From Salinispira sp. (lineage in GTDB: Bacteria > Spirochaetota > Spirochaetia > DSM-27196 > Salinispiraceae), in NCBI GenBank assembly GCA_965602015.1, contig OZ271918.1, positions 480,001 to 544,000 of the forward strand: a stretch of 64,000 bases of DNA, read 5' to 3'. Within the stretch, counting starts at the first letter, position 1, and the number at the start of each line of letters is the position of its first letter. Made by a program: the position numbers and the translations under genes. Below the pieces are notes generated by a model. It was not told where the DNA came from. It ran no database searches and saw only the letters and a program-made list of their open reading frames with translations. Of the stretch, positions 38,265 through 48,486 are shown piece by piece.

Positions 38265-39473
38265 ATGGATGAAATACCCGCCTACAGCAAAATTCCCCCC
38301 ATCACGCAGTTCGCCGATATTTTTAATCACGAATTCTATTATCTGCCTCCGGAGAGCTGGCATTTTGTGATGACCGATGTGGTCAACTCCACCGGCGCCA
38401 TCGAGGAGGGCAGGTACAAGGAAGTGAATACCGCCGGCAGTCTCGGCGCCATGGCCATCTCCAATATCCTGGGTGATATGCAGTTCCCCTTCGTGTTCGG
38501 CGGCGACGGCATGACCTACCTTATTCCCGGTCAACTGCTGGACCGGGTGGTGGAAGTGCTCATCGATACCCGGGACATGGTGCAAAAGGTTTTTGATCTC
38601 AAGCTCAGGGTCGGAGTTATCCCGCTGCGCGAGCTGATACGACAAAATGCCCAGATCCGGGTGGCCCGATTCGCCGTCTCTCCCCGCTACACCCAGGCCA
38701 TCATAGGCGGCTCCGGGGCCGATCTGGCGGAAACCCTGATTAAGGACCCGTCCCCCGCTAACCCCTGGATAGTTCCCGAAGACGCGCCAGTGCCCGGCGT
38801 CGCGGATTTCTCCGGATTTACCTGCCGCTGGCAGGACATACCCAGCCGAAACGGTGAAACCATCTCTTTCATCGTCCGGGCCCGGGGAGCCTCAGCGGAG
38901 CGCCGCAGCGAAATTCTGAAATCAGTGCTCCGGGACGTGGGCGAGCAGTTCGGGACCGAAGAACGCTACCATCCCTTGAGTCTCGAGGGACAGCGTCAGA
39001 GCCGGAGCCAGTTCCGTTCCGAAGCCCGGGTGCTGAGCGGCAGGCGCCGGGGAGCTTTGTATGCCTTTCGTTTTATCGCAATAAGTCTCGAAACCACTGC
39101 CCTAAAAATAATCGAGAAGCTTCGAATACCCCTGCATCGCCGAGGCAAATATTTCCGCGATGTGAAAATGGACAACATTATTAACTCCGATTTCCGCAAA
39201 TTCGACGGCACCTTGAAAATGGTGCTCTCGTGCAGCACCGGGGAACGGAAAAAATTCCAGCGTGTCCTGGAACGCAGGCGGGCGGCCGGGGAACTGTACT
39301 ACGGCATTCACGTGAGCGACCGGGCCCTGTTGACCTGCCTCATTCAGTTTTCCAGCGGCGAAGAGGTCCATTTCGTCGACGCCGCCGACGGCGGCTACGC
39401 CGCTGCCGCGCTCATGATAAAATCCCAAATAGCCGAGGATGGAGAAGCTTCTCCAAGCGGCGGCAGGTCCTGA
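38265..39473 (+). CDS. DUF3095 family protein
   Basis: LP.SW..VMTDVVNST.AIEEGRYKEVN, PFVFGGDG, SGFTCRWQ, DFRKFDG.LKM, HFVDAADGGY. Confidence 0.8.
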   Translation: MDEIPAYSKIPPITQFADIFNHEFYYLPPESWHFVMTDVVNSTGAIEEGRYKEVNTAGSLGAMAISNILGDMQFPFVFGGDGMTYLIPGQLLDRVVEVLIDTRDMVQKVFDLKLRVGVIPLRELIRQNAQIRVARFAVSPRYTQAIIGGSGADLAETLIKDPSPANPWIVPEDAPVPGVADFSGFTCRWQDIPSRNGETISFIVRARGASAERRSEILKSVLRDVGEQFGTEERYHPLSLEGQRQSRSQFRSEARVLSGRRRGALYAFRFIAISLETTALKIIEKLRIPLHRRGKYFRDVKMDNIINSDFRKFDGTLKMVLSCSTGERKKFQRVLERRRAAGELYYGIHVSDRALLTCLIQFSSGEEVHFVDAADGGYAAAALMIKSQIAEDGEASPSGGRS

Positions 39474-39557
39474 GCGATTCTATTTTTTCCGGAGCACAGC
39501 TGCGGTTCGGGCATTTGATTTTGCACTGCCCGATAATTTACCATTATAGGTAACGAG

Positions 39558-41453
39558 GTGAAGATGGACGTATCTGCGGTAAAAAAGACGGTGATTATGT
39601 GGCTGGTCGCCGCGTTTATGGTGCCTCCGGTGGTATGGCTTGCGGCGGGTACGTATATAGACATCTGGAATGCCCAGGAGCTCGTGCGCATTATGCTCTC
39701 TCCGTTTATTTGGATATACATTCTTGTCTATGTCGGCCTAACGGTTTTTGCGGTAAACCGTCAGCTGACCAGGCTGACCGGGTACCTTCGGCGCGCTCAC
39801 GAACTAGATGATGATGAGCTTCACAACGCCATCGGACTGGTAAACCGGATTCCCCGGCTGTTCCTCATACTCATGAGCGTCTACTGCCTTGTGGGACCAA
39901 GTGTTGCGTTGCTCGGCCAGACCATCGGCGAACCCTTCCTCGACGGCTTTGAGTACCTATTAGCCAATCTCCTCGGCGTGCCCCTCATCCTGCTGTTCAC
40001 CATCCCGTTTTTTATTCAGTTCATTAAGAGCCTGGAGCGGTTCACGTCCCCGTTGAATGTCAGCGGGACCAAACGCTTCCTTGGTTTGCGGGCAAAGCTG
40101 ATTATCAGTTTTCTCCTAAATATCATCGGGGGGATTTTTACCCTGGTAATCACCGGCCTGACCATTCTCTACAAGACCGATCCGACGCTGGTGCTGCAGG
40201 TATTCAGCGTGAAGCTCCTGGTCGTCGGTTCGGTTGTGCTCATAATTTCCGCCGTCAACCTGGCCCTGACCGAAGGACAAATTACCCGCCCGGTACAGAA
40301 GCTCACTCTCGCCCTCAGCGAAGTTTTTACTGCGTTTTCAACCGGCAGGGGTTCGCTAAAAACCGAGATTGATATTATAAGCCGGGACGAATTGGGGTAC
40401 ATTTCCCGTCGATTCGGCAGATTTATGCACTCCCTGAGAATAATAATTGCTCAGATTCAGGATTTGGCGGTTGAAAGCAATGCAAAAAACCAGGAGCTGC
40501 TGGGTCTCAGCGCCCATGCCCGGGAAGCGGTGGAGCACGCCGAAGACTCCAGCAAATCGATAATGACCCTCATGGTAAACATCCAGGAGAACGGCCGTCG
40601 ATACCGGGAGTACTCCCGGGAAGTTCAGCGCTTTATACGCGACACCGCAGAAAAGATCGAAGCCCAAAGCGGGGCCACCGGCGATATATCAGAGGAAAAC
40701 CGGGGCATAGCAGAGGAACTCAAAAGGGAAATGGGTGAATCCCGGAACCGCCTGGAGTACGTGCAAAAGGCGGAAGAAGCCTCCGATGAAGCCCAGCGAT
40801 CCATTCAGAGCTCGGTGAAGCAAATGATTAGTATTCAGCAGAGCTCACGACGGATTCTTGAAATTCTCAATGTTATTAACGACATCGCCGAACGGACCAA
40901 TCTCCTGGCCATGAATGCCGCCATCGAAGCCGCCCATGCGGGAGATTCCGGGCGGGGCTTCGCGGTGGTGGCCGGTGAAATCCGCGGCCTTGCGGAGATG
41001 ACCGGCGAGAATTCCCAGAACATCGACAGCTCCATCAAATCCATCGTCGAAGAAATTGATCAGACCGAGCAACAGGCGCGCCGTACCTCGGCGAAAATGG
41101 AGGAAAGCTTCACGGATTTGCATCAGTTGACCGGAGGCCTACAGCAAACAATATCGGTGATTAGCGAGCTGGGAGCCAAGTCGGAGGTAATGACCGGTCA
41201 CCTGACTGACCTGGTCGAAGACTCCCGGGGCATCAGCGATTCGGCGAAAATATCCAACGAACGGATTACCAGCGTACGGGACGGGCTCGAGGATCTGGTA
41301 GGGTCCCTGGACAAGGCCCAGGATGCGGTAGACCAGGTGTACCGGGCAATTATGGAGCAGCGGGAGCTGTTTGCCCGCACCGAAGAATCCATAAAAGCCG
41401 GAAGCGCGGGCATCAGAAAGCTGTACGAAACCGTCAAAGGATTCGAGACCTGA
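39558..41453 (+). CDS. Methyl-accepting chemotaxis protein, multi-TM sensor
   Basis: ~6 TM, HAMP (SRDELG), [30 protein letters not shown]. Confidence 0.92.
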   Translation: MKMDVSAVKKTVIMWLVAAFMVPPVVWLAAGTYIDIWNAQELVRIMLSPFIWIYILVYVGLTVFAVNRQLTRLTGYLRRAHELDDDELHNAIGLVNRIPRLFLILMSVYCLVGPSVALLGQTIGEPFLDGFEYLLANLLGVPLILLFTIPFFIQFIKSLERFTSPLNVSGTKRFLGLRAKLIISFLLNIIGGIFTLVITGLTILYKTDPTLVLQVFSVKLLVVGSVVLIISAVNLALTEGQITRPVQKLTLALSEVFTAFSTGRGSLKTEIDIISRDELGYISRRFGRFMHSLRIIIAQIQDLAVESNAKNQELLGLSAHAREAVEHAEDSSKSIMTLMVNIQENGRRYREYSREVQRFIRDTAEKIEAQSGATGDISEENRGIAEELKREMGESRNRLEYVQKAEEASDEAQRSIQSSVKQMISIQQSSRRILEILNVINDIAERTNLLAMNAAIEAAHAGDSGRGFAVVAGEIRGLAEMTGENSQNIDSSIKSIVEEIDQTEQQARRTSAKMEESFTDLHQLTGGLQQTISVISELGAKSEVMTGHLTDLVEDSRGISDSAKISNERITSVRDGLEDLVGSLDKAQDAVDQVYRAIMEQRELFARTEESIKAGSAGIRKLYETVKGFET

Positions 41454-41481
41454 TGAACCTCCGCCCCATGACTGTATCGGA

Positions 41482-42972
41482 TTGCCTATGATGTCCCCGC
41501 TGCTAGCCGCCGCGGCAGGTCTCGTACTGGTTGGGCTTTTAACTGTTTTTCTTCGCAGTGCGCGGGTGCCCAGGGGCAAACCGGTTTCCCCCATCGCCCG
41601 GGATCCGGATGTTCCCGACTTTGATGTACGGCTTGAACGATTCCGCCGGGCCTTGAAAATTCCCACCGTCACCCACAGCGATTATTCTGCAAATGACCGC
41701 AGCCGGTTTTTTGCCTTTCAGGATTTTCTGCTGACCGAGTTCGCAGGCTTTTTAGAGAGCTGCGAGGTCCATCGCTTTGACTGCTACGGCCTGGCCATCC
41801 GCTGGCCGGCTCATCCCGGCGGGTCGCACAAACCGCTTTTGTACATCGCCCATTACGATGTGGTTCCCGTTGACGGGCAGGACTGGAGCCGCGACCCCTT
41901 TGCAGGGGAAAGCGCCGACGGCTTCGTCTACGGACGGGGCAGCCTTGATACGAAAAATTCCCTGATGGCAATTCTCGAAGGGGCGAGCCTTGCGTGCGAG
42001 AACGGCTTCACGCCCCGGCGGGATATATGGTTTGCCTTCGGCGGTGATGAAGAGTCCGCCAGCACCGAAGGCGCCGCGACCATGGCCCGGTGGTTTGAAC
42101 AGCAGGGCATTCGCTTCGCCTGGGTGTTCGATGAGGGGGGAATAATCGCCCGGGACATGATACCCGGGGTGAAGGGGAACGCGGCCCTTGTGGGCGTCGC
42201 AGAAAAAGGCTTTGCGAATTACCTCCTGGAATCCCGGTCGGCGGGGGGGCATTCGTCGACGCCCTCGCTGAGCACCGCCCTGGGCAGGGTAGGGCGCTCG
42301 ATAGACCGCATCGAATCAAGCCCCCGGAACGACCGCATTCCCGAAACCATGGTCAATTTCCTCATACAAAGCGCTGCATTCCAAAAAATCCCCCTTCGGA
42401 TTGTCATGTCGAATCTTTGGCTCTTTGCCCCCCTGGTCCGGGCAATCTTGCGGAAACGCGATTCGAGCAGGGCCATGCTCCACAGCACCTTCGCTCCTAC
42501 CATGGCGGGAGCCAGCAGTAAGGAGAACATTCTGCCCAGCCGGGCCTGGGCTGTCGTCAACGTTCGCATAGCGCCCGGCGAAACCATTGCTTCGGTTTTG
42601 CAGCGCTTGCGGACCAATATCAGGGACTCCCGGGTCGATATTTCTGTGCTCAATATGGACGAGGCCAATGATCCGGTTCTGCCCGGAAATCCGCGCCGTC
42701 AGGAAGGCTTTCTACGCAGCGTCGAATTGGCCCTGGGCGACAGCACGGAGCTTCTTGCGGCCTTTCCCTACCTCATGACCGGTTCCACCGACAGCAAATA
42801 TTACGCTTCCCTGGCTGAGGAGGTATACCGCTTTGTCCCCATGCTGCTCGATGCCGAGGAGCTGGCGCGCGTACACTCCGCCGATGAGCGCATCAGCAGT
42901 AAAAACTACCGCCGCATGATTTCGTTTTATCGACGGCATATAGAATTAAGCGCATCAGGAGAATCGCAATGA
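41482..42972 (+). CDS. M20 family metallopeptidase with N-terminal membrane anchor
   Basis: AHYDVVP, YGRGSLDTK, DEE, DEGG, AEKG, GGHSS, GSTDS, VHSADE. Confidence 0.9.
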   Translation: MPMMSPLLAAAAGLVLVGLLTVFLRSARVPRGKPVSPIARDPDVPDFDVRLERFRRALKIPTVTHSDYSANDRSRFFAFQDFLLTEFAGFLESCEVHRFDCYGLAIRWPAHPGGSHKPLLYIAHYDVVPVDGQDWSRDPFAGESADGFVYGRGSLDTKNSLMAILEGASLACENGFTPRRDIWFAFGGDEESASTEGAATMARWFEQQGIRFAWVFDEGGIIARDMIPGVKGNAALVGVAEKGFANYLLESRSAGGHSSTPSLSTALGRVGRSIDRIESSPRNDRIPETMVNFLIQSAAFQKIPLRIVMSNLWLFAPLVRAILRKRDSSRAMLHSTFAPTMAGASSKENILPSRAWAVVNVRIAPGETIASVLQRLRTNIRDSRVDISVLNMDEANDPVLPGNPRRQEGFLRSVELALGDSTELLAAFPYLMTGSTDSKYYASLAEEVYRFVPMLLDAEELARVHSADERISSKNYRRMISFYRRHIELSASGESQ

Positions 42973-44405
42973 ATACATCAGTGAAAATCGGCAAGGGCGC
43001 ATTTATCATGGCGGTTCTCATCCTCCTCGGACTCATGACGGTGAGCGGCCTGCTGACCGTGGCGCTGGACTCCGGTGAGTACGAGCGCGTCAGCATTGAC
43101 GGCCGGGTAATGATTACTCCGGGCAGCTACGAGACTGTGGCGAAACCCGATTACCCTTTCTGGCGTTGGTTTACCGCCCCGGTTGAAATCCTTTTTGCCG
43201 AGGGAAACGCTACGCTGATTACCCTCATACTCTTTTTGTTTGCCGTGGGAGGCTCCATCACCATCCTTGAGCAAATTCATGTCATGGATATGCTGGTTCA
43301 AATGCTCATCGACCGCTTCCGGGAGAACCGTTATATGCTTATGGGGGTGGTGATTCTTCTTTTTATGGCCCTCCCTTCGCTCCTTGGCATATACGAAGGC
43401 CTGGTTCCTGTCATTATTTTCGTGGTTCCCATGGCGAGGAGGATGGGCTGGGACAGTCTCACCGGTCTCGGCATGAGTCTACTGCCCATGGCCTTCGGCC
43501 TGTCAGCCTCCATCTCAAATCCCTTTACCATAGCGGTGGCTCAAACCATCGCCGATCTGCCGATTTTCTCCGGAGCCTGGCTGCGCATCATATTCTTTGC
43601 CCTGGTGTATGCGGCGGTATACGGATTTGTATACCGCTACGCCCGCCGGGTCGAAAAAGACCCCGCGAAGAGCCTGTGTCACCGGGAGGACCAGGGCCTT
43701 GAAATCGGCGAGCATCACGACTTTCATGAGTCGGAAGCCCGGCTGGTGCGGCGGGGATTGCGATGGTTCGCCCTGTGGATCGGCGTTGCTCTCCTGGTGG
43801 TACTGGCGGTCGCCTTTGTCCCGAGCCTGGGGTTTCTCGCCTTTCCCCTGATGGGGCTGATGTTCCTCATCGGCGGCTTCGGCGCCGGAATGCTCAGCGG
43901 ACACAGCGTTGGGAAGGTCATAGCCATATTCCTGAAGGGAGGCAAAAATATTATTCCCGGCGCCCTGCTTATTCTCCTCGCCTATTCAGTGAAATACATC
44001 ATCGATTCGGGCATGGTTACCGACACTCTGCTGTTTTTGGCTGCGGGAGCCATCGAGAGAGCGTCAGCCTTCGAATCGGTATTGCTGGTGTATGTTATTA
44101 CGCTGATAATGAACTTCTTTATCGGGTCCGCCTCGGCAAAGGCCTTTTTGATGATGCCCATTCTCGTTCCCCTGGCCGATCTGGTAGGAATAACCCGGCA
44201 GACTGCGGTACTGGCCTTCGGATACGGCGACGGCTTCAGCAATATGATATTTCCAACCAATCCGCTGCTTCTCATCGCCCTGAGTTTTACCGTGGTCTCC
44301 TACGTCAAGTGGATACGTTGGACCGCCCTGCTGCAGCTGTTTATGGCACTGCTTTCCCTGGCGTTTCTGTTTTTCGCCGTCCGCATCGGCTTCGGGCCGT
44401 TTTAA
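42969..44405 (+). CDS. YfcC/DcuC-like membrane transporter
   Basis: ~12 TM; G.YER, NPFTIAVAQ.IA.LP.FSG, F.GS.SA.A.LMMPI..PL, GDGFSNM.FPT; ATGA overlap with the peptidase. Confidence 0.85.
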   Translation: MNTSVKIGKGAFIMAVLILLGLMTVSGLLTVALDSGEYERVSIDGRVMITPGSYETVAKPDYPFWRWFTAPVEILFAEGNATLITLILFLFAVGGSITILEQIHVMDMLVQMLIDRFRENRYMLMGVVILLFMALPSLLGIYEGLVPVIIFVVPMARRMGWDSLTGLGMSLLPMAFGLSASISNPFTIAVAQTIADLPIFSGAWLRIIFFALVYAAVYGFVYRYARRVEKDPAKSLCHREDQGLEIGEHHDFHESEARLVRRGLRWFALWIGVALLVVLAVAFVPSLGFLAFPLMGLMFLIGGFGAGMLSGHSVGKVIAIFLKGGKNIIPGALLILLAYSVKYIIDSGMVTDTLLFLAAGAIERASAFESVLLVYVITLIMNFFIGSASAKAFLMMPILVPLADLVGITRQTAVLAFGYGDGFSNMIFPTNPLLLIALSFTVVSYVKWIRWTALLQLFMALLSLAFLFFAVRIGFGPF

Positions 44406-44406
44406 G

Positions 44407-45234
44407 TCACCACAATGAGTACGCGAAGGCGGCGAGGGCGGTGCAGAGTGCGCTGCCGGCGGCGTTTGATATGAGGTTCACCGCGTCGTTGTTCATCCAG
44501 GGCAGCCCCCGTATCAGTTCGCCGACGGGTCTTTCGGTCAGCCTGCCGCGTCCGTCCCGGTAGAGCGCCTGAAGTCCGGCGCCGAGAAGCGAGTCTATAA
44601 GGCTCCCGCCCAGGCCGCCTGCCAGAACCGCAAACAGCGATGGCAGAAGCGCTCCGGCGCCGGCTGTGCGGAAGATAAGGGGAATAGCGGCCAGGAAAAT
44701 AGCCGCCGCCCCCGCCGCGGAAGCCAGGGTTCCGGCAACGCTCACCCCGCCGCTTGTTCCGGGCTCCACGCTGCGAAATGTCAGAATCGACCGGGGCGGC
44801 TGCCCCGCCAGGACTCCCAGTTCGCTCGACCAGGTGTCGGCAGTTGCCGCGGCCATTGAACCGGTAAATGCGAACAGCGCCCAGGGCTGACCGAAGATTG
44901 CATACCAGAGCATCGCAAGAGCGCCTACTCCGGCATTGGCGAATGCCTGCCAACCGTCCCTGGTGTGACCCTTCTCGTGAAGCTCTTCAAGACCGATCTT
45001 TTTGGCTGATCCGAAACGGCTGAGAACCGAGGAAGATATAAAAAACATCAGGAGCACGCCCCAGGCTGCAAATCCCCCGCCCAGATATATCATGCTGCCC
45101 AAGACAAACCCGGTACATGCTCCGGATAGGCTAACCGAGCGCCGCCAGTACGCAACGCCTGCCAACGCGGTGTTGGCAAGCAGGGTAAGAACAATACGGG
45201 TCAACAGCGCGTTCCGGCTCAGTTCGGCAATCAC
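44407..45234 (-). CDS. DUF92 (TMEM19/VTE6-like) membrane protein
   Basis: EKG.TRD..QA.ANAG, AAATADTWSSELG, GTSGGVS.AGT, DSLLGA.LQ, NNDAVN; GTG at 45234 overlaps the upstream TGA. Confidence 0.88.
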   Translation of the reverse strand: MIAELSRNALLTRIVLTLLANTALAGVAYWRRSVSLSGACTGFVLGSMIYLGGGFAAWGVLLMFFISSSVLSRFGSAKKIGLEELHEKGHTRDGWQAFANAGVGALAMLWYAIFGQPWALFAFTGSMAAATADTWSSELGVLAGQPPRSILTFRSVEPGTSGGVSVAGTLASAAGAAAIFLAAIPLIFRTAGAGALLPSLFAVLAGGLGGSLIDSLLGAGLQALYRDGRGRLTERPVGELIRGLPWMNNDAVNLISNAAGSALCTALAAFAYSLW

Positions 45235-45914
45235 GAAAACACCTGGGAGTAGAATATCCAATAGCCAAGAGATGACAGAAGCGGCACGCTGATATTATCC
45301 AGCCCAAAAGGGGTAACCAGTTCGACGAGCCCCGCTGCAAGAGCCAAACCAAGGGCCGCAATGACAATAGCGAGCACATCTCCGCTGTCGAGGAAGAGAA
45401 TCTGCATGACAAGGGCGACGGTAAAACTCGCCGCAACCATGGCGATGCTCCCCGCCAGGCTTTTGGTGTTACCGAAAATTTTCATGTGCCGCCGGCTGCC
45501 CAGCGGGCTCTGGCCGATTATCGCCGCCATACCGTCACCCCAGGCCATTACCATGATTCCCAGACCGCCGATCCATTTCGGCATTCCCCAAAACCAGGTC
45601 ATGAGAACGAGGATGAGGAGGCTGATGGGATAATAGACCGTACCCATGTTCGACCCTTCGCTTTCCATTGCCGGCAAAAGATGGGCTCTGGCGATTACCA
45701 AATTTATGAGAATAAAACTCGCCGGCCCGATGAGGGCCACCCAGGGGGTGACGATGCTGTACATGGCGATGAACCACCAGTGCCCCACGGCGATATGTAT
45801 CAACTTGCGGGCGGTCGATGATGTGAGGACTCCCCGTGAATTCAGAGCGGAGGCGATCGCCATACAGATAAAAATAAACAGATATGCTATGGCCAAACCG
45901 AGATATTGATTCAT
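45231..45914 (-). CDS. Phytol/dolichol kinase-like CTP-dependent membrane kinase (VTE5-like)
   Basis: RKLIHI, GTVYY, GDGMAAIIG, KSLAGS, E......DNISVP. Confidence 0.85.
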   Translation of the reverse strand: MNQYLGLAIAYLFIFICMAIASALNSRGVLTSSTARKLIHIAVGHWWFIAMYSIVTPWVALIGPASFILINLVIARAHLLPAMESEGSNMGTVYYPISLLILVLMTWFWGMPKWIGGLGIMVMAWGDGMAAIIGQSPLGSRRHMKIFGNTKSLAGSIAMVAASFTVALVMQILFLDSGDVLAIVIAALGLALAAGLVELVTPFGLDNISVPLLSSLGYWIFYSQVFS

Positions 45915-46002
45915 ACCTTTACTGTAGAAGGTTTTTGTCCTCAGGTAAACGCTTATTCACAAAATCACCATTGCGCCGTACACTGGTTATCCGGAGGTGC
46001 GT

Positions 46003-46950
46003 ATGAGGCGTTTTGTATTACACCTGGTAATTTCTGCTGTGCTCCTGTTTACCTCTGTATGGGTTTTTTCCGGCGAAGGGCCGGCTAATTTTTTGAACAG
46101 GGCTTCCGCTCTGGAAATCGTAATCTCCATATCCTTGTCGCTGGCTTTGGTCAGTTTTCTCTTCGGAATGCTGTTTTCCGACTATTCCTGGGTCGACCGA
46201 TTGTGGAGCACTGCCCCGGTGCTCTACGCGTGGGTGTATGCGGCAAAAAGCCGGTTCGCATGGCCGGTGGTGGTGGCTGCGTTGATCGTTACCCTCTGGG
46301 GCGTCAGACTGACCTGTAATTTTGCCCGCAAGGGGGGATACTCGGGCAGAGAAGATTATCGCTGGCCTGTTTTGAGGCAGAGAATTTCCCATCCTGTTCT
46401 GTGGCAACTGTTTAATCTTCTGTTTATCTGCGGCTTCCGAATCGGACTGTTTATTCTCTTCACCGCGCCGTTCATTCGCCTGGGAGCGAATCCCCAGTCG
46501 CCCAGGCTCTTTATATCCTCGTCTATTCTCATGCTTGCCTTCCTGTTTCTCGAAACCATCGCCGATCAGCAGCAGTGGATTTTTCAGAAGGCGAAGGCAT
46601 CGGCCCTGAAGCACCATCAGGTAGTCACCACCGTGGATCATCAGGCGGATATTTCCCGGGGCTTTTTAACCGGGGGGCTGTTTTCCCTGGTCCGGCATCC
46701 AAATTATCTCGGTGAGCTCGGCGTATGGTGGAGCTTTTACCTCATGGCTTCATCGTATTCCGGGAGCCTGCTGCACTGGAGCCTGTCGGGACCGGTGGTA
46801 TTAAGCCTGCTCTTTGCCGGTTCGACGCTGTTCACCGAATCACTTTCGGTAAAAAAGTATCCCGAGTACCGGGATTATCAGCATCGGGTTCCCGCCATCG
46901 TGCCCTTTATGATGACCGGCGCCCGTCGGGAGGGTCAGGAGGAAGCCTAG
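46003..46950 (+). CDS. DUF1295 (steroid 5-alpha-reductase-like) membrane protein
   Basis: YSWVDRLWS, WGVRLT.NFARKGG, EDYRW, ETIADQQQ, GLF..VRHPNY.GE, KYPEY..YQ. Confidence 0.85.
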   Translation: MRRFVLHLVISAVLLFTSVWVFSGEGPANFLNRASALEIVISISLSLALVSFLFGMLFSDYSWVDRLWSTAPVLYAWVYAAKSRFAWPVVVAALIVTLWGVRLTCNFARKGGYSGREDYRWPVLRQRISHPVLWQLFNLLFICGFRIGLFILFTAPFIRLGANPQSPRLFISSSILMLAFLFLETIADQQQWIFQKAKASALKHHQVVTTVDHQADISRGFLTGGLFSLVRHPNYLGELGVWWSFYLMASSYSGSLLHWSLSGPVVLSLLFAGSTLFTESLSVKKYPEYRDYQHRVPAIVPFMMTGARREGQEEA

Positions 46951-47013
46951 CTTGCTCGCGATTTCTCGTTTATACAGTGGGGTTTTTCCGCAGTCAGAAA
47001 TGTCAACGGTCGG

Positions 47014-48480
47014 TTAACTCGGTCGGATCAGCTGTTCCCAGTGTATGAGCCTTCCCGGGGCGTTTTCCAGTTCTTCGGGGTAGTGGGTTATGATGATGGT
47101 TGGAACCGGCGATTCGGCGTGAAGGTCAAAAAACCTCTGCCAGAGCGCCTGGCGAGCCTCCCTGTCCAAATTGATAAACGGCTCGTCCATCAACAGGGCG
47201 TCGGCTCCGTAGAACCATGCGCGGGCCATGGCAAGGCGCTTTCGCATGCCCCCCGACAGTTCGTGGGGGTAATGCCCTTCCCAGCCTTCGAGTCCCCATA
47301 GCGACAAAATTTTCCGCGCCCTTTCAACTTCCCCGGTGTTCCAGCCGGGAAAGACCGGCAAAAGCACATTGCCCAGGGCGTCCCGGTGGTCCAGAAGCAG
47401 ATCCTCCTGAAACAGCAGCACGGTTCGCTTCGGCGCGTCGACCCGGCCGCCCATTGGAGAAAACAGCCCGACGATTCCCTTTAGCAGGGTTGTTTTCCCG
47501 CAGCCCGAGGGGCCGGAAATGATCAGCGGTTTCTCGGCGTCCACCGTGAGGTCTATCCCTGAGAAAATCGGGCTGCCGTCGAACCCCATGGATAGCTTGC
47601 TGACTGCAATTTTTGCACCTTCCGCCGGAGTTGAGGATTCCGGTTCAGGGTACCTTTTGCTACCGTCGCCGGCGGGCAGACGACCACGGCGCGGGGATGA
47701 GCCATTTGTTTCCGCGGTGGCCGGCGCCCGGCTGGGGAACAGCCGTTCAACGGTATGGCGGATCGCCAGGGACAACAGCGCCATGCTTAACAGAAAGAGC
47801 AGGGCCCAGGTAAAAAAACTCTCCAGATCGAAGAACTGATAGTAGGTATTAATATAACGCCCGAAACCGTTTTGCGCGGCAAACCACTCGGCAAGCATGG
47901 CGCTTTTCACCGCGGTCATTATGCCCAGATGAATGTTCACCTTTACCGCGGGCAAGAGCCGGGGGAGGTACAGTTCCTTCCAGAGTACCGCCCGGGCTGG
48001 GTTGTATATCCGGAACATGTGGTGGGCCTGCTCGGGAATCAGTCGGCGGGCTTCATATACGTGACTGGTTAGCAGGGGGGTGGTGACCAGAAAGGCCACC
48101 GCCGGCGCCGCGGCTCCATTGGTGCCCAACCACAGGACCAGCGGGGTTATCCACAGCAGGGGAGGGGCGCCCTGGAACAAAAATACCGGGAAAAAACCCA
48201 GGCGGCCGGCGGCGGGCTTTGCGCCCATGAGCAGGCCCAGGGGAAAGCTGATGATCCACGCTAAGGCAAAACCCCCCAGGGCCCGGCTTAGGGTGAGAAA
48301 GATCGCCGGGAGGAATCGGGCATATAATTCGGCTTCAGCCAATCGCCGGGCGACGGCCGCCGGGCCTGGCAACAGCGTCGGACCCGCCAACAGACTCCCG
48401 CCCCACCAGATTATCAGAAAAATCCCGAGTCCGGCGGCATACTGGGTTGCCCTGCGAATTATTGATGCCCTGACAGTCAT
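47014..48480 (-). CDS. ABC transporter, fused permease + ATPase (NitT/TauT type)
   Basis: Permease N-half (LLPGP..V, AEW....GFG); GPSGCGKTT, LSGGMRKR, LLMDEPF, ITH. Confidence 0.88.
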   Translation of the reverse strand: MTVRASIIRRATQYAAGLGIFLIIWWGGSLLAGPTLLPGPAAVARRLAEAELYARFLPAIFLTLSRALGGFALAWIISFPLGLLMGAKPAAGRLGFFPVFLFQGAPPLLWITPLVLWLGTNGAAAPAVAFLVTTPLLTSHVYEARRLIPEQAHHMFRIYNPARAVLWKELYLPRLLPAVKVNIHLGIMTAVKSAMLAEWFAAQNGFGRYINTYYQFFDLESFFTWALLFLLSMALLSLAIRHTVERLFPSRAPATAETNGSSPRRGRLPAGDGSKRYPEPESSTPAEGAKIAVSKLSMGFDGSPIFSGIDLTVDAEKPLIISGPSGCGKTTLLKGIVGLFSPMGGRVDAPKRTVLLFQEDLLLDHRDALGNVLLPVFPGWNTGEVERARKILSLWGLEGWEGHYPHELSGGMRKRLAMARAWFYGADALLMDEPFINLDREARQALWQRFFDLHAESPVPTIIITHYPEELENAPGRLIHWEQLIRPS

Positions 48481-48486
48481 CTATGC

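Noticed and set aside
37950..38645. Apparent ~700-bp overlap of two long divergent ORFs
   Set aside because: Both are upstream over-extensions; plausible starts at 38162 (-) and 38265 (+) remove the overlap.
45231..45261. Frameshifted kinase-DUF92 fusion (pseudogene)
   Set aside because: Both halves are complete domains and join by a clean GTGA stop/start overlap typical of translational coupling; a read check would settle it.
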